Source of the DNA: Opitutia bacterium KCR 482
GTDB lineage: Bacteria; Verrucomicrobiota; Verrucomicrobiia; Opitutales; Intestinicryptomonadaceae
DNA length: 32,000 nucleotides
Direction of reading: 5' to 3'
Assembly: GCA_029269845.2 (NCBI GenBank)
Contig: CP149973.1
Coordinates: 120,001 to 152,000 of the forward strand
Shown one piece after another: positions 16,172-24,389 of this stretch. The number at the start of each line of letters is the position of its first letter. Positions within the stretch are counted from its first letter, which is position 1. The notes below the pieces were generated by a model that had not been told where the DNA came from, did no database searches, and was given only the letters and a program-made list of their open reading frames with translations. The translations under genes and the position numbers were made by a program.

Positions 16172-16207
16172 TGCGCCCCCTTTCGTAAGATGGGGGCGCA
16201 TTTTTTT
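16172..16207 (+). terminator. strong rho-independent terminator in the nadD / ROK-kinase divergent intergenic region
   Basis: A 9-bp GC-rich stem pairs TGCGCCCCC (16172-16180) with GGGGGCGCA (16192-16200) around an 11-nt loop, followed by T7 at 16201-16207. There is no U-tract on the opposite strand, so it works only in the plus direction. Confidence 0.7.
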
Positions 16208-16303
16208 CGAAAAAATTTCGCGCAAACGCTATTTTTAAATTGTGATTTTGCGCACATTGTGCAAATTAGATTGCGATATACTACATTCAACTTTGCTTTT
16301 AAT

Positions 16304-17269
16304 ATGAAATTGAAATACGCAATCGGCGTCGATATCGGCGGCACAAACACGAAACTCGGAGTTGTTGACGAAAAGGGAACGGTTCTCAAACGCCACGACT
16401 TCAAAACGACCGACTATAAGGACTTTGCCACATACGTCGAAGCGCTCGAACGCGCAATCACATTCCTTACTTCCAACACCGACGGCGACTGTCAGGGCGT
16501 GGGTATCGGCGCGCCCAACGGCAACTACTACACGGGCACTATCGAATACGCCCCGAACCTCCCGTTCGGACGGAGCGTCCCGATTGTCGAAACGCTCCGC
16601 ATGGCTCTCGGCTTCGACACAATCTGCCTGAGCAACGACGCAAATGCGGCGGCTCTGGGCGAAAAAATCTACGGCGGCGGACGCAACCTTTCGCACTTCA
16701 TAGTAATCACGCTCGGAACGGGCTTAGGCTCCGGCATTATCACCGACGGCAAGCTGCTTCTTGGCGCGGACGGCTTCGCGGGCGAGCTCGGACACGTCTG
16801 CGCAGTGCCGAACGGCCGCCTTTGCGGCTGCGGGAAACGCGGCTGCCTCGAAACGTACGCGTCGGCGACGGGCATTAAGCGCACGTTCCTCGAAATGGTC
16901 GCAAAATACAACGGCGACTCTGCAATCGCGAACGTTCCGTGGGAAAAGCTCGACGCCCGCGTTATTGAAGACGCAGCCCGCGCCGGCGACAGGGCGGCGG
17001 CGGAAACCTATCAAATTACAGGCAGCATACTCGGCCGCGCTTTGGGAGACTTTGTGCACTTCTCGCGTCCGTCGGCGATTTTCCTTTTCGGCGGGCCAGT
17101 CAAGAGCGGCGAGCTTATCCTCGAACCCACGCGCATCGCGATGGAAAAGAACCTTATGCCCGTGTTCCGCAACAAGGTAAACGTTCTGCCGTCGGAACTT
17201 CCCGAAAGCGACGCCGCAATTCTTGGCGCGTCGGCGATGGTGTGGGCGGCAAACAACGGCGCACACTAA
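16304..17269 (+). CDS. ROK family sugar kinase (glucokinase type)
   Basis: The sequence begins 'MKLKYAIGVDIGGTNTKLGVV' (ATP-binding motif). The ROK zinc motif 'GHVCAVPNGRLCGCGKRGCLETYAS' is present. I placed the start at ATG 16304. Confidence 0.85.
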   Translation: MKLKYAIGVDIGGTNTKLGVVDEKGTVLKRHDFKTTDYKDFATYVEALERAITFLTSNTDGDCQGVGIGAPNGNYYTGTIEYAPNLPFGRSVPIVETLRMALGFDTICLSNDANAAALGEKIYGGGRNLSHFIVITLGTGLGSGIITDGKLLLGADGFAGELGHVCAVPNGRLCGCGKRGCLETYASATGIKRTFLEMVAKYNGDSAIANVPWEKLDARVIEDAARAGDRAAAETYQITGSILGRALGDFVHFSRPSAIFLFGGPVKSGELILEPTRIAMEKNLMPVFRNKVNVLPSELPESDAAILGASAMVWAANNGAH

Positions 17270-17296
17270 GCCGAATTTTTTTTACACTCCGCAAAA

Positions 17297-17322
17297 CCGC
17301 GTCCGAAGGCGCGGTTTTTTTT
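17297..17322 (+). terminator. rho-independent terminator after the ROK kinase gene
   Basis: The stem pairs CCGCGTC (17297-17303) with GGCGCGG (17308-17314) around a CGAA loop, followed by T8 at 17315-17322. Confidence 0.75.
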
Positions 17323-17447
17323 GCGGGCGGATTGCGCGGCGGCGCGGAGGAATTGCGCGTTCGCGGGTTGCGCGTATCTCCGCAATCTCGGTATTTTTTT
17401 CAAAAAAACTTTTGACCGCGCCGCCCGCGCGGGACAATCTTTTGCGC

Positions 17448-18134
17448 ATGGAAAATTTCGAAAAATACGCGCGGCAGACGGCATTGCCCGACTTCGGCGC
17501 GGAGGGACAACGGAGGCTTGCCGAATCGAGCGTTGCGCTCGTCGGGGTAGGCGGCGTGGGAAGCGCGGTTTTGCCGCTGATTGTCGGCGCGGGCTTCGGG
17601 CGCGTCGCGTTGTTCGATTCGGATACCGTTTCCGCCCACAACCTCCACAGGCAGACGCTCTACGCGGCGGCGCAGGAGGGGCGATTCAAGGCGGAGCTTG
17701 CGGCGGAGTCCGCAAAAAGGCTGAACCCCGACGTGCGCGTCGATTTCTTTTGCGAGAAAATTTCGGCGGAGAACTCGGCGGAGATTTTGCGCGAGTCTGC
17801 GCTTTGCATAGACGCTACAGACACATTCGAGGCTCGCGCCGAAGTGTCGGCGCTGTGCGCGGCGGCGGGTATCCGCGAGATTGCCGCAAGCGCGGCGGGC
17901 TACGTCTCGCAGAATTTCCTTTTCGGCGACGGCTTCTATTTCGGCGACGTTGCGAAATCCGACGGCTCGCCCGCGCCGCGCGGACTGCCGATTTTCCCCG
18001 CGGCGGCGCATTTGAGCGGCGTTTGGGCGGCGTCGGCTGCAATCCGCGCGGTCGCCGTAGGCGGCTTCGAAATAGGGCGGTTCTCGATGTTCGACCACGC
18101 GGCGTTCAAATATTTTTCGGCAAACATACGCTGA
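17448..18134 (+). CDS. ThiF/MoeB/HesA-family E1-like adenylyltransferase (minimal 228-aa form)
   Basis: 'YARQTALPDFGAEGQRRL', the 'VGVGGVGS' nucleotide loop, 'AHNLHRQ' and 'IDATDTFEAR' align with E. coli ThiF blocks. It has no CxxC zinc pairs and no rhodanese domain. I placed the start at ATG 17448. Confidence 0.8.
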   Translation: MENFEKYARQTALPDFGAEGQRRLAESSVALVGVGGVGSAVLPLIVGAGFGRVALFDSDTVSAHNLHRQTLYAAAQEGRFKAELAAESAKRLNPDVRVDFFCEKISAENSAEILRESALCIDATDTFEARAEVSALCAAAGIREIAASAAGYVSQNFLFGDGFYFGDVAKSDGSPAPRGLPIFPAAAHLSGVWAASAAIRAVAVGGFEIGRFSMFDHAAFKYFSANIR

Positions 18135-18190
18135 CCGCGCCGCGCGTTATCTTCTTGAAAAAAACAAAAAAAACGCTTTCATAAAAGGCA

Positions 18191-18391
18191 ATGAAAATTA
18201 CCGCAAATTCGAAACAGTACGAAATCGCAGAAAACACGACGGTGGCGGCGTTCATAGAATCCACGGGCGTGAAAGCGGCGCGTTGCGTGGTGGAGCTAAA
18301 CGGCGCGGCAATGCGCTACGACGCCTTTGCCGACATCGTTTTGCGCGAGGGCGATAGGCTCGAAATCATGCAGATAGTGGCGGGCGGCTAA
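18191..18391 (+). CDS. thiS: ThiS-type ubiquitin-fold sulfur-carrier protein ending in Gly-Gly
   Basis: The protein is 66 aa. '...LREGDRLEIMQIVAGG*' parallels E. coli ThiS '...DGDQILLFQVIAGG*'. Confidence 0.8.
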   Translation: MKITANSKQYEIAENTTVAAFIESTGVKAARCVVELNGAAMRYDAFADIVLREGDRLEIMQIVAGG

Positions 18392-18392
18392 A

Positions 18393-19745
18393 ATGATTTA
18401 TACCGATTTAAATACGGAAATCGACGTCGGATCGAGCGGACACCTGCTCGAAATAGGACGCTTCAAGGCGTTGATAGACTGCGGTCTCCACCCGAAATAC
18501 ATGGGGCTTTCGGCGTTGCCGAACCTCTCGAAAGTCGCACCCGAAACGCTCGACTTCATCGCAATAACGCACACGCACCTCGACCACTGCGGCGCGTTGC
18601 CCGTGGTTCTGCGCGAGCAAAACCACGCGCACGTTCTCGTAGCCGACGAAAGCGCGGATTTGCTCCCGCGCATGCTCCGCAATTCCCGCGCGGTAATGGC
18701 AAAACAGCGCGAGGAATTCGACATCAAAGAGTATCCGCTCTTCGACTCGTCGTCAATCGACGCTCTGAAACCGCGCATAATGCCGATGGCGTTCCACCGC
18801 GAGAGGCAGTTCGAAATCGACGGCGAGCGCATAAATATCACGTTCACGCCCGCGGGGCATATTCCGGGGGCGGCGTCGGTAATGTTCGAGCACAAAAAGC
18901 GGCGCATTCTCTTTTCGGGCGACATCTCGTTCCATTCGTCGGGAATCTTGAAGGGGGCTGTTCCGCCCGAGGGCAGGGTCGATACGCTTGTTGTCGAAAC
19001 AACGCGCGGGTCGTACTCGCGCCCGAAGGGGATAACCTACGACAGCGAAGTCGAGCGGCTGGTGTCGTCGATATCGCTCGTTTTGCGCGGCGGCGGAAGC
19101 GTGCTGATTCCCGCATTCGCGCTTGGGCGCATGCAGGAAATAGTGTTCATTCTCCACAACGCAAAGGCGCGCAAATTCATTCCCGACGTGCCGATTTTCG
19201 CGGGCGGGCTGGGCTTGGATATCGCCGAGTATTTTATAAAAGGGGCGAAGAAATCGTCCACATTCTTCTTCGGCAAACAGCACATGGAGGGCGTCAAGCC
19301 GTTCAGGGGCGAAATCGTCCCCGGGCGCGACTTCGAAACGCAGGGCATTTACGTTTTGGGAAGCGGCATGATGGTTGAACACACGCCGAGCTATATTGCG
19401 GCGTCGGCAATGATGGACAACCGCGCAAACGCGATTTTCTTCGTGGGCTATTCCGACCCCGACACGCCCGCAGCGCGCCTCCAAAAAACGGCTTACGGCG
19501 ACCAGTTTTCGTTCGGAGATCTATTCTATGTTGGCAATGTCAACTGCCGCGTCGACAAGTTCGACCTCACTTCGCACGCCGACAGGGAGGAGATTTTCGA
19601 GTTCATTATGGAGAAAGACCCGCGCTGCGTTGTGCTCACCCACGGCAGCATGGAGTCGCGCGAGTGGTTCATGGACGAAATTCTCGACCGTTCACCCAAA
19701 ACCGCTGTGATAATCCCCGAACCGTCGGAATCGATAGAGTTGTAG
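18393..19745 (+). CDS. beta-CASP subfamily metallo-beta-lactamase-fold hydrolase (RNase J/CPSF73-like nuclease fold)
   Basis: It has HxHxDH in 'ITHTHLDHCG', then 'AGHIPGAA', 'FSGD', 'VETTRG', beta-CASP motif A in 'IPAFALGRMQEI', motif B in 'LTSHAD' and motif C in 'LTHG'. The start lies 1 nt after the thiS stop codon. Confidence 0.85.
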   Translation: MIYTDLNTEIDVGSSGHLLEIGRFKALIDCGLHPKYMGLSALPNLSKVAPETLDFIAITHTHLDHCGALPVVLREQNHAHVLVADESADLLPRMLRNSRAVMAKQREEFDIKEYPLFDSSSIDALKPRIMPMAFHRERQFEIDGERINITFTPAGHIPGAASVMFEHKKRRILFSGDISFHSSGILKGAVPPEGRVDTLVVETTRGSYSRPKGITYDSEVERLVSSISLVLRGGGSVLIPAFALGRMQEIVFILHNAKARKFIPDVPIFAGGLGLDIAEYFIKGAKKSSTFFFGKQHMEGVKPFRGEIVPGRDFETQGIYVLGSGMMVEHTPSYIAASAMMDNRANAIFFVGYSDPDTPAARLQKTAYGDQFSFGDLFYVGNVNCRVDKFDLTSHADREEIFEFIMEKDPRCVVLTHGSMESREWFMDEILDRSPKTAVIIPEPSESIEL

Positions 19746-19876
19746 CCAGTTGCGAAATTCCGCCGCCCCGAACCCGCGCTTTCGGGCGCGGAATAAATAG
19801 CCTAAATGCGCAAAAAATGAAGAAAAGAGCTTGACGCCGCGCAAAAAAACGCAATCATTCAAAACTTTAAATTTAA

Positions 19877-19950
19877 GCGGGCATAGTTTAGTGGTAAAAC
19901 CCCAGTCTTCCAAACTGGTGATGTCGGTCCGATTCCGTCTGCCCGCACCA
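19877..19950 (+). tRNA. tRNA-Gly (anticodon UCC), CCA encoded
   Basis: The cloverleaf folds by hand. The acceptor stem is GCGGGCA/TGCCCGC, the D stem GTTT/AAAC, and the anticodon stem CCAGT/ACTGG with loop CUUCCAA. The T arm is GTCGG-TCCGATT-CCGTC, which has a U.U mismatch and C where the conserved U55 is expected. Confidence 0.8.
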
Positions 19951-19981
19951 TTTTTGTTCAACCTAAATTCAGGTAAATATC

Positions 19982-20860
19982 GTGAGTACTCCGCTTTTAA
20001 TGTTAGGTTTGCCCAAGGGCAGTCTTGAAGAATCAACAATCGCGCTTTTCGGTAAAGCGGGTTGGAAAATCACAAAGAGCTCGCGTTCCTACAAGCCGTC
20101 GATTGACGACCCCGAACTCGACGGACGCTTCGTCCGCGCACAGGAAATCAGCCGCTATGTGGAACAGGGCTTCTTCGACTGCGGGCTTACGGGCTACGAC
20201 TGGATTCTCGAAAACAACAGCGATGTCGTCGAAGTTTGCGACCTCATTTACAGCAAGGCGACGGCGTTGAAATCGCGCTGGGTTCTCTGCGTAAAGGAAG
20301 ACTCGCCCATAAAGACAGTGAAAGACTTGGAGGGCAAGAGAATCGCGACGGAACTGATGAACGTCACCAAGAAGTACCTTGCCGACAACGGCGTAAACGC
20401 GGAAGTCGAATTCTCGTGGGGTGCGACGGAAGTCAAAGTGCCCGACTTGGTTGACGCAATCGCCGACATCACCGAAACCGGCTCGTCGCTCCGCGCAAAC
20501 AACCTGCGCATTGTAGACACCATGCTTTACACAAATACCAAGCTCATCGCCAACAAGGCGGCTTGGGAAAACCCCGAAAAACGCGAAAAGATTGAGTCTA
20601 TCGCAATGCTGTTGCAGTCGGCTCTCGACGCGGCGACAAAGGTCGGTCTTAAAATGAACCTGCCCAAGGCGAACCTCAGCAAGATTATCGCCGCTCTCCC
20701 CGCGCTCCGCAAACCGACGGTCTCGCAACTGTCCGACCCCGCATGGGTCGCCGTCGAAACGATTGTCGAGGAAAAAACCGTGCGCGAAATTGTCCCCACG
20801 CTCAAAGCGAACGGCGCGGAGGGCATTGTTGAGTATCCCCTCAACAAGGTGATACCATAA
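19982..20860 (+). CDS. hisG: ATP phosphoribosyltransferase, long form with C-terminal regulatory domain
   Basis: It has '[12 protein letters not shown]', '[12 protein letters not shown]', '[12 protein letters not shown]' and a C-terminal ACT-like tail. The start is GTG 19982 or ATG 20000. Confidence 0.85.
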   Translation: MSTPLLMLGLPKGSLEESTIALFGKAGWKITKSSRSYKPSIDDPELDGRFVRAQEISRYVEQGFFDCGLTGYDWILENNSDVVEVCDLIYSKATALKSRWVLCVKEDSPIKTVKDLEGKRIATELMNVTKKYLADNGVNAEVEFSWGATEVKVPDLVDAIADITETGSSLRANNLRIVDTMLYTNTKLIANKAAWENPEKREKIESIAMLLQSALDAATKVGLKMNLPKANLSKIIAALPALRKPTVSQLSDPAWVAVETIVEEKTVREIVPTLKANGAEGIVEYPLNKVIP

Positions 20861-20914
20861 AAGGCTAAATTTTTGTTGTAAAAATCCGCATAGCGTTATT
20901 ATATTAGTAGTACT

Positions 20915-21319
20915 ATGAAAAAAACATTGTCATTTGCATTTGCGGCGGTCGCGCTCTTCGTGTGCGCCTGCACCACAAACGTTGTTGTAGACTCCGCCGC
21001 CCACCCCATGGGCACCTACGATAATATGACCGGCTCTTTCCACGGAAAGCTTTCGGGCAATATCAACACGGCGTTCAAGGCAACGAATATCGCGCTCGAA
21101 CGCGACATGAAGCTTTTCCGCGTAGGGCAAATCCCCAAAGACAACGAATGGTACGTCTACGCCCGCGCGGAGCTTGACATTCAGATTGTCGTTTTCCTCA
21201 AACAGCTTCCGAACGACGAAGTTGACGTCAAAATCGAATACGGCGACGGCAACCTGATGAAGAGCCAGCAAATATTCAACGCAATCGCAAAGAATATGCG
21301 CGCGCTCGAACGCCGCTAA
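20915..21319 (+). CDS. hypothetical small lipoprotein (134 aa)
   Basis: The signal and lipobox-like sequence is MKKTLSFAFAAVALFVCAC. No family was recognised with confidence. Confidence 0.6.
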   Translation: MKKTLSFAFAAVALFVCACTTNVVVDSAAHPMGTYDNMTGSFHGKLSGNINTAFKATNIALERDMKLFRVGQIPKDNEWYVYARAELDIQIVVFLKQLPNDEVDVKIEYGDGNLMKSQQIFNAIAKNMRALERR

Positions 21320-21524
21320 TTCGGCGGGTTCGCCGGAATCTTTTTGAATTTTTCCATGCGCTCCGGCGGTTTCGCGGGGCGCATTTTTTATGCAAAGGCG
21401 GATTTCGCCGCAGGCGCGCCCCGCAGCGCGGCAATGGAAGGAATCGGCGCAGCCGGCGGACGGCTTCGACGGTTAGGGAAAGGCAGATTGCGCCGCAAAA
21501 ATCGCGAATCGAAAGGGAAACTGA

Positions 21525-21887
21525 ATGCACAAATTTTTGCCGTATTACGAGGAAATAAAACTGCTGGGGCATTTCGGCTGCGCGTTCGTCTCGGCGTATC
21601 TCGGAGGCGCCGCGCTGTGGTTTGCGTCTCTTGCGTCGAAATCCAAGCTGACATTCGAGAGAAGCTTTGCGTTCTCGCTCTTCGCGTCGGTCTGCGTGTG
21701 GATTGTGCCGTTCTACGCCGACGAGGAAAACTGCATTATTATAGCGGCGGCGATTTTGCTTGCGTGCCTGCCTATTTTAAAATTTCTATCCGATAGTAAA
21801 TTCAAAACGGCGTCGATACTCTGGGCGGCATATACCGCCGCGCAGCTGGCGCAATTCGGACTTGTATATTATTCGCTAAACAAATGA
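21525..21887 (+). CDS. hypothetical integral membrane protein (120 aa, ~4 hydrophobic segments)
   Basis: It has hydrophobic helices. An AAGGGA sequence lies 8 nt upstream of the ATG. The stop codon overlaps the M20 peptidase start as ATGA (21884-21887). Confidence 0.5.
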   Translation: MHKFLPYYEEIKLLGHFGCAFVSAYLGGAALWFASLASKSKLTFERSFAFSLFASVCVWIVPFYADEENCIIIAAAILLACLPILKFLSDSKFKTASILWAAYTAAQLAQFGLVYYSLNK

Positions 21888-23281
21888 AATTCGAAATTAC
21901 AGATTTTATAGCGCGGCTCGTGAAATTCGAAAGCGTGTCCGCAGACTCTGCCCGCGCGGGACAGGTGGAGGCGTGCGCAAAGTTTTTGTCGGACTCGCTC
22001 GAAAGCTTCGGCTTCGAATCGACTCTGCACAAAACCGCGCTCCACCCGATTGTCTTCGCCGAACGTCCGTGCAAGTCGGGCGCGCCGAAACTGCGCATAC
22101 TCTGCTACGGACACTACGACGTGCAACCCGTAGACCCCGTCGAAAAATGGAAAACGCCGCCCTTCGACGCAGTGATAAAAGACGGCAAAATCTGGGGGCG
22201 CGGCACCGCCGACAACAAAGGGCCGTTTTCGTGCCTCTTGGGCGGACTGCTCGCGTTCCTCGACAAACACCCCGACGCGCCCGTCGATTTCGGAATCATG
22301 CTCGAAGGCGAAGAGGAAATCGGCAGCCCCAGCATGGCGAAATTCATTTCCGACAACGCCGAACTTATCGGCGGCTACGACATGCTTCTGCTAAGCGACA
22401 CCTCCGCAGCGTCGCACGACACCCCGATAATCACAATCGGGCTTCGCGGCACGGGCAGCTTCGACGCGGTTTTCAAAGGCCCACAAACCGACATTCATTC
22501 GGGCATGTTCGGCGGAATGGTCTACAATCCCGTTCAGGCTATGTTCGAAGTGTGCGCGTCGCTCCACGGCGCGGACGGGCTTGTAAACATCGACGGATTC
22601 TACGACGGCCTGGCGAAGCTCGACGACTGGGAAAAATCGGAAATCGCAAAAAATCCCTTCGGCGACGACTACGTTAAAAAACTGCTCGACGTGGACGCCC
22701 TCTACGCCCAGCGCGGACACACCCCCGCGGAGGCTGTGCGCGTTCTGCCGACCGTGGAATTTACGGGAGTCGGCGGCGGCTATCAGGGCGAAGGCTCGAA
22801 GTCGGTTATTCCGTCGGAGTGCTTCTGCAAAATTTCATGCCGAACGGTCGCGCCCCAAAAAACGGAGGAGGTCATGAAGCTCGTCCAGAAAACGATGGCG
22901 GAGCGCACGCCCAAGGGCGTGAAAATCTCGTTCGTGGAGTACGACTCCGCGGGCGACGCCTACTTTGTAAACCCCAAAAACTGCGGCTGCGACGCCCGCG
23001 GAAAAACAATGGCAAACGCGTTCGCCGCGGTCGATAAATGCTCGCTTGCGGCGTTCGGCAAAAAGCCGCTCTACCTGCGCGAGGGCGCAAGCATTCCGCT
23101 GATTTCGCGCATCAAGCGCATCACGGGGCTTGATTCAATAATGTTCGGGCTTTTCACTGCGGAAGACAATCTGCACGCGCCGAACGAGGGCTTCCCGCTT
23201 GCGACAATCGAACGCGCCGTAAAATACTACGGCATGTTCTTCGAGGAAATCGCGGAATCGGCGAATGTTAAAAACGGATAG
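21884..23281 (+). CDS. M20 family metallopeptidase (dipeptidase/ArgE-DapE-CPG2 clan)
   Basis: 'CYGHYDVQPVDP...W..PPF...DGKIWGRGTADNKG', 'EGEEEIGS' and a C-terminal 'LHAPNE' block are typical of M20 dipeptidases. Confidence 0.85.
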   Translation: MKFEITDFIARLVKFESVSADSARAGQVEACAKFLSDSLESFGFESTLHKTALHPIVFAERPCKSGAPKLRILCYGHYDVQPVDPVEKWKTPPFDAVIKDGKIWGRGTADNKGPFSCLLGGLLAFLDKHPDAPVDFGIMLEGEEEIGSPSMAKFISDNAELIGGYDMLLLSDTSAASHDTPIITIGLRGTGSFDAVFKGPQTDIHSGMFGGMVYNPVQAMFEVCASLHGADGLVNIDGFYDGLAKLDDWEKSEIAKNPFGDDYVKKLLDVDALYAQRGHTPAEAVRVLPTVEFTGVGGGYQGEGSKSVIPSECFCKISCRTVAPQKTEEVMKLVQKTMAERTPKGVKISFVEYDSAGDAYFVNPKNCGCDARGKTMANAFAAVDKCSLAAFGKKPLYLREGASIPLISRIKRITGLDSIMFGLFTAEDNLHAPNEGFPLATIERAVKYYGMFFEEIAESANVKNG

Positions 23282-23294
23282 AACGGGGCAGAAA

Positions 23295-23732
23295 ATGCTT
23301 ACATGTAGGAAAGTATACTTCGACATTCCCTTCGCCCACAGGCAGCACATGCACGACGGGCACTGCTCGTTCGTGCACGGGCACAACTGGGACATAGCAA
23401 TCACTTTCGCCTGCGACAAAACCGACGAAAACGGCTTTGTCGTGGACTTCGGCAAGCTGAAATTCATCAAGGGCTGGATTGACGAAAATCTCGACCACGC
23501 CTGCGTGTTTTCCAAGTCCGACCCTCTGTGGCGGACTCTGCGCGACGCCGCCCCCGAAGCGTGGAAAATCTGCCTTGTCGACGAATGCTCGTGCGAGGGG
23601 CTTGCAAAATATTTCTTCGAGGTGTTCGGCAAAATGGTCTCGGAGGCGACTTCGGGCAGGGCGCGGGTCGCCGCCGTGGAGGTCAGCGAGGACAAAAAGA
23701 ACACCGCAAAATACACCCCCGATTCGCTATGA
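23295..23732 (+). CDS. queD: 6-carboxy-5,6,7,8-tetrahydropterin synthase
   Basis: 'FAHRQHMHDGHCSFVHGHNWDI' carries the Cys and His zinc/catalytic motif, and 'ENGFVVDFGKLK' is present. I placed the start at ATG 23295. Confidence 0.8.
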   Translation: MLTCRKVYFDIPFAHRQHMHDGHCSFVHGHNWDIAITFACDKTDENGFVVDFGKLKFIKGWIDENLDHACVFSKSDPLWRTLRDAAPEAWKICLVDECSCEGLAKYFFEVFGKMVSEATSGRARVAAVEVSEDKKNTAKYTPDSL

Positions 23733-24346
23733 AATACCCGCTCGACGAAACGTTTTTTTCGGTGCAGGGCGAGGGTTGCCACGCGGGGCGCAGGGCGTAT
23801 TTCGCAAGGCTTTTCGGGTGCAACGTAAAGTGCCCGTGGTGCGACACCCGCGCGTCGTGGAACGGCAAACCCGCAATGTCGATGTCGGCAGAGGAAATCG
23901 CGGCGGAGGCCGCGGCGACTCATGCGGAAATTGCGGTGATTACGGGCGGCGAGCCGTGTTTGCACGACCTCTCCCCGCTGTTGAAGCGGCTTGCCGACGC
24001 GGGGATTGCGGCGCATCTGGAAACGTCGGGCACGCTCGAAATCAGGGAGTCCGACGAAGCGAAATTCGCGTGGGTCGCGCTAAGCCCGAAGCTTTTTGCC
24101 GCGCCGCTCGAATCGTCGCTGCGCCGCGCCGACGAGCTTAAATTCATAGTCTCCGACCTCTGCGAGCTTGACGCCTACGCGCCGTTTGCCGATGCCGCAA
24201 CCAACGCCCAAGCCGTATGGCTTCACCCCGAATGGACCCGCCGCGCCGACCAAAACCTGCTCGACGGGCTTTGCGATTTTGTAAAGTCGCGCGGCGGCAA
24301 ATATCGGGTCGGCTGGCAGTTGCACAAATGCTATTTTGCGCGTTAG
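23729..24346 (+). CDS. queE: 7-carboxy-7-deazaguanine synthase (radical SAM)
   Basis: 'ETFFSVQGEGCHAGRRAYFARLFGCNVKCPWCDT' is the QueE N-terminal CxxxCxxC-type cluster block. An ATGA overlap joins it to the queD stop codon. Confidence 0.85.
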   Translation: MKYPLDETFFSVQGEGCHAGRRAYFARLFGCNVKCPWCDTRASWNGKPAMSMSAEEIAAEAAATHAEIAVITGGEPCLHDLSPLLKRLADAGIAAHLETSGTLEIRESDEAKFAWVALSPKLFAAPLESSLRRADELKFIVSDLCELDAYAPFADAATNAQAVWLHPEWTRRADQNLLDGLCDFVKSRGGKYRVGWQLHKCYFAR

Positions 24347-24389
24347 ATACTTCTTGCAAAAAGCGGAGTCCGCGCTTAGCGTGCGCGGT

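Noticed and set aside
15466-16404. Long N-terminal extensions offered by the ORF track for nadD (to 16404), the ROK kinase (from 16148), the E1-like gene (from 17223), tsaE (to 11116), crcB (from 9525 and from 9773), queE (from 23528) and the integrase (to 1513).
   Set aside because: The extensions are low-complexity, overlap neighbouring genes or terminators, and precede Met codons. Conserved family N-termini begin at those Met codons, often with ATGA or TAATG coupling to the upstream gene.
17448-18391. Calling the E1-like/ThiS pair an ordinary thiamine (thiFS) operon.
   Set aside because: This is not rejected outright. ThiS homology is strong, so the thiS symbol is kept. No thiazole-synthesis partner is adjacent, however, and a nuclease-fold gene is coupled instead. 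The operon-level call is therefore left open and reported as a finding.
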